NCBI RefSeq assembly: GCF_006345805.1
Contig: NC_042998.1
Span: forward strand, 19,592,001-19,656,000
Source of the DNA: Octopus sinensis
Taxonomy: Eukaryota
Direction of reading: 5' to 3'
DNA: 64,000 nt
The notes under the pieces are model-generated. The model did no database searches, had not been told where the DNA came from, and was given only the letters and a program-made list of their open reading frames with translations. Position 1 is the first letter of the stretch. Each line of letters opens with the position of its first letter. The translations under genes and the position numbers were made by a program. Below, piece by piece: positions 53,483 to 64,000 of the stretch.

Positions 53483-53587
53483 ATACTGTGTGGACTAAGA
53501 TCCTCGTTGACGGGCCGCTGTTATTTATAGAGTGTTAAACACTTTCGGTATGCAAATTAGGAACTCATTCATAGAGTAACTGTAGCA

Positions 53588-53846
53588 TAAGAAGCCCGTC
53601 GTATATATGTATATATATGTATGCGTGTGTGTGTTTGTGTGTCTGTGTTTGTCCCCCTAGCATTGCTTGACAACCGATGCTGGTGTTTTTATGTCCCCGT
53701 TACTTAGCGGTTCAGCAGAAGAAACCGATAGAATAAGTACTGGGCTTACAAAAGAATAAGTCCCGGGGTCGAGTTGCTCGGTTAAAGGCGGTGCTCCAGC
53801 ATGGCCGCAGTCAAATGACTGAAGCAAGTAAAAGAGTAAAAGAGTA
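53588..53846 (+). mobile_element. SINE family B, 3' half
   Basis: agaagcccgtcgtatata..gactgaagcaagtaaaagag. Confidence 0.88.
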
Positions 53847-53872
53847 TATGTATATATATATATATATATATA

Positions 53873-54299
53873 GATCAATAAATGGTGAGGTTGTGTTGAC
53901 CGCACGTGGAGAAATGATAAGCAATGAAAAATTGTATAAATGCAGAATGCTCGATTGAAAGAAAATTCTAATGAATTGAGAAAATGAAAAAATATAGAAA
54001 TATATATTTATTCAAACCGGTTTTCGTCATAGTTTGACTTATCAAGAATAGTTAGGTGAAAAGGTTTTTTTTAAAAATGAGAAAGGGGAAAAAAAGTTGC
54101 ATTGTTTTTTGCAAAAGAATAATAGTAGTAAATATGTATAAAAATTTTAAAATAAATACTCCGATACATTGTGAGTTCGTTGTGTATCTTGAGTTTAATG
54201 ATTGTTCATGAAAAAATTACCTTGAGGTATTAGGATCCAATGGGATTAAGGCCATGTGTTGTTTGGTTTAATTTAGGATGTTGGCAACATCCTAAATTA
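53873..54299 (-). mobile_element. HHR element H7 ending in a 31-nt palindrome
   Basis: Starts at (TA)n and ends in taatttaggatgttg-g-caacatcctaaatta (54269-54299). Confidence 0.55.
54009..54050 (-). ncRNA. Minimal type-I hammerhead ribozyme, U3-A8 core variant (family H7)
   Basis: Minus strand UAUUC-UUGAUAA-GUCA(AACUA)UGAC-GAAA-ACCGGU-UU-GAAUA. Palindromic helix III AACCGGUU. Confidence 0.75.
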
Positions 54300-55002
54300 T
54301 ATTATATATTGAGATGATATCTTATATATCGTTATATGTCCATGCATATATGAATGCCGTAAACACATATTGTACTTTTATAAAAAATGCTCAAGCACAC
54401 ACGTATACATGAAGAAAATGGTTATTTCATAGTTACACATATTATGAATGATAACAGTTAGAAACGGTGGTGCATGTGTGTTTTATTTATGAGTTTTTGT
54501 TCCTTTTTTGTGTGTGTGTGTGTGTTTATGTTTTTTGTGTGTGTGTAAGTATATATTTAGTATGCATATATTGTGCTTGATATTAGTAATCGCAGTGCTG
54601 CTGCTACATGATACAAGGACAGTTATATAAGATTATTCGAATTACAATATGAAAGTAATAAGTACTTAAATGCAAGAAAGAGCCGCCTAAACAGACTTAT
54701 CAAATCGCAGGTGTTAGCGATTTATCATTTGCGAAATGAAATTACGCCATTATCATTATATAGGTATAGAGTATAAAATCATTTGTTGCTACATTTGTGT
54801 ATAGGATTTTGATATATAATATGTACATAAATGTTTCTGTGTAGAATTGTGTTTGCGTCAATATAAATGTGTACCAGCAAGGGCAGTGAAACGTATTGTG
54901 TATCTACCCTTCATAATACCAACCAAGATAGAAATTACTTTATACACTGGTCTAATTATGACAACAATCGTGAAAGAACTCGATATTTCGTACTATTTTT
55001 CA

Positions 55003-55150
55003 CGTGTAACTTAGCGGGTCGGCAAAAGAGAGACCCGATAGAATAAGTGCTAGACTTACAAAGAATAAGTTCTTGGGTCGATTTTTCGACTAAAGGCGGT
55101 CCTCCAGCATGGCCGCAGTAAATTGACTGAAGCAAGTAAAAGAATAGAAG
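55003..55150 (+). mobile_element. SINE family B, 3' fragment
   Basis: taacttagcgggtcggcaaaagagagacc..ccagcatggccgcag. Confidence 0.85.
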
Positions 55151-55740
55151 TATGAAAGAATATATCAACTCAACAAACTTTTCGGAGCATATATGCACAT
55201 GGAGATAATGCAACATATTGAAAATATGATTTCTTTGCTAATACACATTTACAGATAGAAAGTCGGAGCGTGAAGGGAGGAAATACGAACATGAGTGGTT
55301 TGAAGGAAAACGAAAGGGTTTTAATTGAAATATATCCAGCAGGTTTAAATTAATACATGTTGATGCCTAGAACAAAGATATTGTATAGAAATTCATAGGG
55401 GAACATATTCCAATGCGCATTACAAATCACTTAGTTAAGACTTCTTTGAATAAGAGTGATTGAGAGAAAGATGGACAGATGAGAGAAAATATATTTTCGA
55501 GTCGCATTAAATATAAGAGAAAAGACATGGCACGGCGCCCCAAATGATATCGCAATATTGTATCTAATATCAATAAAGAAGTCGTGTGTAAATGAAGGGT
55601 AAATTAACAAGAAATCCTAGGAAGAAATCTTTTCTGCTCAGTCAATGCCGGCTTGTTTCTTGCCATTTGTAATTCATTTGCATTTGAACTACTCTCATTT
55701 TCTGTCTATTCTGCAAGCACCTATTTCTCTGCCTCTCATG

Positions 55741-56110
<370 letters not shown>

Positions 56111-56879
56111 TTCGTATATACGTATGTGTGTATGTTTGTATGTATTTCTATCTGCATGTATATATAAACGAAGAAATGTATTAGGGATGGAGATAGAAAT
56201 ATAGAAATAACGTTATAGAAAGAGAAAAACAAATGTTCCCCTTCAATGGTATTTTTCTCTAAAGGCTTTGTACGGATTGTGTTTCGTGCGAATCCCATAT
56301 GCTTTATATACAGCGATGACTACTCATCAATACGAAGGTCTAAATATGATTTAACCCTGTCGAGCATTGTTCTCTTCGGTAAATATTTTTAAAGTCATTG
56401 AGGTAGTTCTCTTAATGTGTGTCGAGAGCGTTATCGTAATGCGTCCATAATTTAATGCATCGTAATGTCTCCTGCGGTACCACTGGTATGCAATGTCTGT
56501 GTTGGGACAGACACCTACTAAAGTAAATATATAATAAGGCATTGAAGGTTGTCAGCAGACACTGGGTTATACAGAAGTTGTGCCTGATAAAAACAAGATA
56601 AAAAAATAAAACACACACGTACACACACACAGTCTTTATTATAACTACCGCCAGATAGCAGAGTGAATGGGCAGAGAGATAACTGACTAAATTTGTATTT
56701 TTTACTTGTTTCAGTCATTAGACTACGGCCATGCTGGGGCATCACCTTGAAGAGTTTTTATTTTAATGTATCGACCCAAGTACTTGCTTTTTAAAACCCT
56801 GGTACTTATTCTATTGGTCTTTAATGACAAACCCCTAATTTCGGTGATGTAAACCCACCAGCAACGGCCATAAACCATT

Positions 56880-57025
56880 AGATTTACTTCAACATTTGTC
56901 AGACTATTTTCCTTGCTTTGAAACCGCGACCTGTTCACTGACAAAATTCCGTCAGTAAACAGGTCGCGGTTTGAAAGCGACGAAAATATTTTGACAAATT
57001 AAATTAAAATGTTGAAGTGAATCTC
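56880..57025. repeat. Imperfect palindrome, about 65-bp arms
   Basis: aaaccgcgacctgttcactgac-aaaattcc-gtcagtaaacaggtcgcggttt. Confidence 0.9.
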
Positions 57026-57150
57026 ACGGTTTTTGTGTGTATTTATATGGCTTCTAAAAACCTACCACGCTGCAATTGTGTTTGGTCAGCACATGACCTC
57101 AGATCAAGTTACTTGCTACCCAAGTACATCTCCATTATATATATACATAA

Positions 57151-57267
<117 letters not shown>

Positions 57268-57285
57268 TATGTATATATATATATA

Positions 57286-58012
57286 TAATAATAGTTATCG
57301 CCATACTAATATGGCATTCTTATAAAAATAAGAATAAAGCTGTCCGCTTATTAGCTCCATGAGGCCATCGCCTTAAGTTAGCTATTTGATACACAAACTG
57401 TATCCATATAACCTTCGAACAAGGGAGGCCAGTCGCTCCACACTACTTGACCTCCCTTGTTCGAAGGTTATATGGATACAGTTTGTGTATCAAATAGCTA
57501 ACTTAAGGCGATGGCCTCATGGAGCTAATAAGCGGACAGCTTTATTCTTATTTTTATAAGAATTCCATATTAGTATGGCGATAACTATTATTTTCCGGGA
57601 ACGCTGCCGCTGTTCTCTTTTAGAGAGACTTAGTAATTTTAATATTTCTAATATTGAAAACAAGTGGATGTATTCCAACGAAACTAGGTAAATAAAACCA
57701 TCGAACAGAGATTGTCGGAAGCGACACCTACTGGCTGGCTACGCTGCATTGAAAAGGGGCAATACCCCGAAACGCGTCTGTAGCTGCCGGTCAAGTAGTG
57801 TGGAGCGACTGAGCTCCCTTGTTCGAAGGTTATATGGATACAGTTTGTGTATCAAATAGCTAACTTAAGGCGATGGCCTCATGGAGCTAATAAGCGGAGA
57901 GCTTTATTCTTATTTTTATAAGAATGCCATATTAGTATGGCGATAACTATTATTTTCGGGGAACGCTGCCGCTGTTCTCTTTTAGAGAGACTTAGTAATT
58001 TTAATATTTCTA
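57286..58012 (+). mobile_element. HHR element H6: inverted about 165-bp fragment plus about 1.55 tandem copies of a 362-bp unit, in (TA)n
   Basis: 57453-57650 is repeated at 57815-58012. 57286-57452 is the reverse complement of about 57789-57954. Confidence 0.85.
57743..57784 (+). ncRNA. Minimal type-I hammerhead ribozyme, U3-A8 core variant (family H6)
   Basis: GCUGCA-UUGAAAA-GGGG(CAAUA)CCCC-GAAA-CGCG-UC-UGUAGC. GUC cleavage triplet, palindromic helix III ACGCGU. Confidence 0.85.
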
Positions 58013-58015
58013 TTA

Positions 58016-58066
<51 letters not shown>

Positions 58067-58224
58067 ATATATATGCATATGTATATATATATATATATTA
58101 TATATATATATATATATATCCATATGTGTATATATATATACATATGTATATATATATATATACATATATGCATATGTATGTATATATATGCATATATATG
58201 TATATATATACATATATGCATATG

Positions 58225-58268
<44 letters not shown>

Positions 58269-58345
58269 TACATATGCATATATATACACACACACACACA
58301 CATGTATATATATATACATATGCATATGCATATATATATATATAT

Positions 58346-58392
<47 letters not shown>

Positions 58393-58396
58393 ATAT
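58013..58396. repeat. Compound (TA)n tract
   Basis: Direct reading. Confidence 0.95.
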
Positions 58397-59640
58397 ACGA
58401 GGGGCTTCTTTTAGTTTCCATCGACCAAATTTACTCACGAGCCTTTGGTCGGCTCGAGGCTATAGCAGAAGATACTAGCCGAAGGTGCCACACAGTGAGT
58501 TTGAACCCCGAACCAAGAAGTTGGGAAACAAGCGTTTTAGCATGCGACCACACCAGCGATTACGTTGATAATATGCCATTCAAGCTTAATATAAAATTCA
58601 AGGAATGTATGATCTGCTTTCTATGCTAATTCTTTTGTTATATGATTTAAAATATCATTATTCTTTTAAAAGCATAATCTTCGTCATTTTCTCGGTATTA
58701 AAGTATTGTGTGTGCTTTTATGACTTTCTGTTTTAAATTTACGATTTTGGATAGTTGTCCATATGGGACTATGCAAGACCTGCTGCATGGAATGCAATTC
58801 TGAGAGATGTACATTGCATAATTATCGTTTACGCATTTTTGCAAAAGTCCACTTCCGGTATCGAATAGAAAAGACGTAATTTCCAAATATCTCTCTGTTT
58901 TATAACCTTGGAATTAATGCAAATTGTTTCTGTGGTGAAAGTGCAAAGAAGAAAGAAAAGAAAAACTAAGAAAAGAAGAAAAAAAAAGAAAAATAATACA
59001 CGACTTCTTTCTTGCTCTTTTGTTTTCCTTTCTAATGCGTTCTCTTTCGCTTTCTCTTCTGTTCCAGGCTCTGTGTTATTTCCCATTTAAGTCTCACATT
59101 CGCTTCACTCTAAAATTAATGATCATTTCGCAAATAACGATAATTCTATTAGCAGTTCTGATAATAATAAATGACATTAGATTTAACTATTTCGACTTGA
59201 CAATTTTAATAATTTTCTAATATTTTATCTTTTGTTGTCAATTATTTTATACAGTGTAGGGTGAAAATCCTGTCTGTTTGTCATATTCATTCACCAGTGT
59301 CCTATATTAATGAAATTTGCATTTCACTAATGAAGTGAACGGCTTTTACTTGAGAGACTGAGATGTAATAGTAATAATATAATTTTATCTTTATATTAAA
59401 AAAAAAATTACAATCAATATTGATTGTATCTAATCTTTCGTTACGTTGCACATTTCAGGAAGATTATTTATTTCGAAATAGGTTTCAGAAACAAGATAGC
59501 AGAACAGATAAGGCTATTCATTAATTTGTCGTGAACAGAAATACTTTAAACACATTTCGTTTTCGTTTCGTCTTAATATGTTTCTAGAAGAAGATATTAC
59601 CGAACAATTTCTCAGTTCTGCTAACACCTAGGCATAGTAT

Positions 59641-59967
59641 GTTTATTGCTTCTCGAGCCATGCCTGGCTCATAAGGGACGTTTTCTCGGTTTCCTTGGCA
59701 TATAGGTTCTGGGTGGGACGCCGGCTTGGCATATAGCATCTGGATGGGACGCCGCTCCGTCGCAGGTGAGCTGCAAGTTGCAGGAGGAAAGAGTAAGAGA
59801 AAGTTGTGGCGAAAGATTCAGCAGAAGTTCGCCACTACCTTCTGCCGGAGCCTCGTGGAGCTTAGCTGTTTCGTTCATAAACACACACATCGCACGGTCT
59901 GAGATTCGAACCCGCGATCCCTTGACCGTGAGTCGGCTACTCTAACCACTAGGCCATGTATCTCCAC
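59641..59967 (-). mobile_element. SINE family D
   Basis: Homologous to 10710-11006, with an internal duplication of gggacgcc. TSD-like tag(g)catagtat. Confidence 0.88.
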
Positions 59968-60739
59968 TAGCATAGTATAGTAATACAAAATTTGTTTTGA
60001 CAACGTGACACGTTATTTGTGAATAGGTGTGAATTTTGCATTCCATTCCCTAAGATTTGTGTTGAGACAAGCGCAAGGTAATAAACTCCGCAGAAAAAGC
60101 AAGTTCAATGGAATATTTCGAACGTTTGGCATGCGCATTCACAGCATCGCAAGCAAACTTCTGAGAAGCGTTAAAGCACATTTTTCAGATTTGCGTCGAT
60201 ACTTTTCCCTTCATGGCTAAAATATTTCATATATATATATAGTATGACATATTCGAACCAATAAGATAACGTCAAAATAATAGCAATGATATGACATAAA
60301 CTGCTGCCATATCTTCTGCAGATAAGACTCTAGCGTCTTAGAAAAATGCAAGAACATAAGGATACATGCTAATGCATAATACAGAAATAGAGATTATTGA
60401 ATGGATGTCATGAAAGCTACAATAGAAATGTCATTTATTACGAACCGCAATAACCAGGTCTAAAATGCAGATAAAATATAACCAACAAAATCCATCTTCC
60501 TATAAACAAATAATATGCATTTGCTGTTAGGAAAAGATAATATATCTGGTGACGCATTATAGGAGAACCGAGTGTGCGGATGTCTTCATTGAATTGAGAT
60601 GGATTTAGGAGAGATAGTTGTCCAAGATTATTGTAATTTTATGTCCCCATTACTATATATCTATTAAGCTAATCTGCCAATATATTCATTCCAGATAGAG
60701 GGAGACAGCTCTGACAACCTTTTTCAAAAACAACCTACT

Positions 60740-61330
60740 AACCTCTATATGATACATCTAACTGGTTTGCAGAATGCAACCCTGACTTGAAGGCAATTTG
60801 GAAGTTGGCTCTGCAATAAACTTTTGTAGTAAACTGAGCAAAATTGTAAAGACATTTGTGTAAATTTTCAGACTGCTTAGGGATGAGCTGAGCTTCTGGT
60901 TTTCGTTGGTAAAAGCGACCAGGCAGACCAAACTCACTCATGATGATGCCCTCTTTCGACAGCAATAACACAATCTACATCTACTGCTTTCCCACTGGTT
61001 TGACGGTCAACAAAGTGTACATACTGGAGGTTTCTAAAGGGAGAGGTTTAGTCGCAGATGCCCAGAGCATTTGTAGCAGGACAAATTTCCCTACGATTTC
61101 ATTCAAGTATCCAAATGGGTATAGAATCCATCCTTCACCAAACCTATTGCCCAGACCTTGCTCCCTGTAACATTTGGTTGTTCCCCAAGATGAAAGAGAT
61201 GAAGGAACCGGTGAAAATTTTCAGGGACAACTTTACTTTGGATAATCTCCATGAGGCTTTCATGAAGTGGTTGGAGCGCCACAACAATTCTGCTTTGAAC
61301 GAGTATTGCGAGCTAACGTTTCTGCTAACA
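60740..61330 (+). mobile_element. Decayed mariner transposase fragment
   Basis: GLTVNKVY and HQTYCPDLAPCNIWLFPKMKE (YSPDLAP motif). Confidence 0.8.
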
Positions 61331-61702
61331 CACTGCGATAATATGTAAACATTCATTTTAGTAATATATTTTTATCTTAACATTATTGCTTGGGACGTTA
61401 CTTCCTATTTAATTCTTCACTTTCTGACTTTAAATGTTATGACATTTCACCTCATAACTTTTTGTATTAATTTTTGTTCAATGCAACCAACGATTCTGAA
61501 TTCCCTATGCATTTTTCTATGATTTAAGTCTACAAAAGGTATATTTTTATTTTAAAATATAAAAAATAAATGTCAATTGAAGATGACAATTTATGACAAA
61601 ATGTAGCAGAAGAGGTTTCCTCTTCAAAAGTGTTAACAGTTTGCAATTTAATTGAGAACTGAATTAGTTGTGAAGCTTGGAAGCTCCCGCTATTGACGAA
61701 TA

Positions 61703-61860
61703 CATAGGACGGGCTTGTTTAGGAAATCTACTCACAAGTCACTGGTCAGCCCGAGGCTATGTTAAAAACCAGACAACCAAAGGTACCACTCACTGGGACT
61801 GAACCCACAACGGCGTGGTTGGAAAACAGGTTTTTCACCTCACAGCTAAGCCTGCTCCAG
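61703..61860 (-). mobile_element. SINE family B, degraded 5' half
   Basis: aaatctactcacaag..ggtcagcccgaggctat..gggactgaaccc. Confidence 0.75.
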
Positions 61861-62015
61861 TATGCTAGCTTCTTCATAATATTGATTTCAGTGTAGATGG
61901 ACAGAGGGAGAGAGAGATAGAGAGAGAGAGAAGAAGAAAGAGATGAAGAATAAGAGGGTTGGGAGAAGTGTATCATGAACATAAATCTGCAAGGCATATT
62001 AATTATAATAATCAT

Positions 62016-62057
<42 letters not shown>

Positions 62058-62974
62058 ATACATAATACTTATAGATAGATAGTTCTTACTCGAATAATTT
62101 ATATCCTCTATGACTAAAACATAAAATATCACAAAACAATAACCAGTGTATCAGCTCCAATCCAGCTTTTAAATCCTGAAAACAAATAAATCACATCGCA
62201 TTCGAAAACAGCTATAGGCTATTCATAAATTTTTGTACAGTATTTTGCTTTCCTTCTCCCGGTTCCCATTGGGTAAAAAATGAAATAATATTTTAGGAGC
62301 GCCAACAAAATTTATAAGGAAGGGTGTTTTATGTAAATTTCGCGCTTTATCTGTGATTGCTAACTATTCAAGATCTATATTTCTACACAGTGTATTCAGG
62401 ACTCTACTATCTAATATATCACCCCTTTTATAATGAAAAGGTAGCTCGTACATATTTTCTCGCTATTTCTAACAGGTCAACTGTCTAATTAGAGGTTCTA
62501 TTCGTGTGTAGCAAATATCCATATGACAATCCACATGGGCCGGTCGATATGTTATTTTTTTATTTCCCACATTACAAATTAACAGGTACGGTGCTGCATG
62601 ATAATTTGCTGGTTTATTGTTACCTTATGCATTATTTGCATGGCATATGATGCCACGTAAAAAATGCTAATTTCTATCATTGCACTTATTAAAATTTCAA
62701 AGAATACAGCTGTAAAAATTCATACTTCAAATCTAACAATGACTTGAATGATTTCCAATACACTTTACAAATATTCTTCCATTTTTCCGTAACGCTCTGC
62801 CTCTGAGATGGATTAACCTGTTCAAGTGTATAATTATTGAACCATTATAAAAATATTTCTTTACAAATCACTAAATGCTTACAAGAAAATGTTAACGCCT
62901 ATTGACAAATGCATGACGTACAAATTTCTCTGTCCACTCGACGTTATGTATTACTAATGGTTTCAAATCTTCGC

Positions 62975-63135
62975 ACAGGCCTGTAATTTCGGAGTAGGGG
63001 AATATTCGATCCCAGTGCTCAATTATCATTTATTTTATCGGCCCCTAAAGGAGTGAAGGGTAAAGTCCACCTCAGCGAAATGTGATCTCAGAATGTAAAG
63101 ATGGCCAGCGTGCTAACGATTGTGTCAGCTCGACT
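62975..63135 (-). mobile_element. SINE family A, degraded
   Basis: tattttatcggccc..taaagtccacctcagcg..gctaacgatt. Confidence 0.65.
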
Positions 63136-63589
63136 CCCTATGTTTTGTACTAATAAAAATAATAAAGCAATATAGCTCGAGACCATAACATAGTAGACAG
63201 TAAATTGATTAATTTGTAATTCTGCTTGATGCAGAAATAGAATATACAAAAGTGATTGCTGATGTTTCATCCAGGAGTAACCCTGATCAAGCCGATGTGC
63301 GACATAAACGTCGTCATTATAGCGAATTAGACGTAAGAGCCAGATAGTCTATACATTGGGCATTTAAGCTCACACGCTATACCACGAAAGGAAACAAGTT
63401 GCCACGGTAGGATCTAAGTGACAGTATGACAGTAGTAGTGATCACTATGTCCTTTATGCATATATTGTGGAAGAGTATTTATGAATAGATTTCAATACAG
63501 GGAAATGGCACGTGATAGAATTTGATCTCAGAACATAAAGAATAAAATTTTCTGGCACTGTGACCGACGGAATGAATATCATTTAAAAT

Positions 63590-64000
63590 AAATATAAATG
63601 CGCTCTTTTAAAGCCTAGCTAGGCTCATGGGCCCGGTTTCCTGGTTTCTATGGCGTATGTATTCCCCAGCTGGACGGGCCGCCAGTCCATCGCAGCGTTA
63701 CTCATTTTTGCCAGCTCAGTGAACTGGAGCAATGTGAAATGAAGTGTTTTGCTCAAGAAAACAACGCGTCGCCCAGTCCAGGAATCGAAACCACAATCTT
63801 ACGATCATGATGCTGACACCCTAACCACTAAACCACGCGCCTCCACAAATAAATGCGCCCTTTTAAAGCCTAGCCAGGCTCATGGGGACGGTTTCCCGGT
63901 TTCTATGGTGTATGTACTCCCCAGCTGGTCGGGACGCCAGTCCATCGCAGCGTTACTCATTTTTGCCAGCTGAGTGGACTGGAGCAACGTGAAATTACAA
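63590..64000 (-). mobile_element. SINE family E, two tandem copies (63590-63846; 63850 to window end)
   Basis: tRNA-like head gtggaggcgcgtggtttagtggttaggg and V-domain-like ctgcgatggactggcg.cccg.ccag. Confidence 0.88.

Noticed and set aside
57650-57697. Second HHR-like string in H6 (ttgaaaa..gga/tcc..gaaactaggta)
   Set aside because: No helix I can be formed and there are extra bases before helix II.

Overview
AT-rich, repeat-saturated eukaryotic non-coding DNA (intergenic or large intron). It is most likely octopus/coleoid cephalopod, inferred from the SINE families and the (TA)n/(AAT)n load. No intact host protein-coding gene is supported, and nearly all ORFs in the track are microsatellite or SINE artefacts. 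The window holds several tRNA-headed SINE families, decayed Tc1/mariner, hAT and Helitron DNA transposons, and 3' fragments of several LINE clades. The main signal is 11 type-I hammerhead-ribozyme (HHR) motifs from about 8 unrelated short-element families, 7 with well-formed folds and 4 degenerate. These elements mostly sit in (TA)n/(AAT)n tracts and show partial tandem repeats and/or terminal inversions typical of Penelope-like element (PLE) mobilisation. They include non-canonical catalytic cores (U3-A8, A6U) and one family that appears to be a tRNA/Pol III-headed, HHR-bearing SINE. All folds were paired by eye and coordinates may be off by a few bases.
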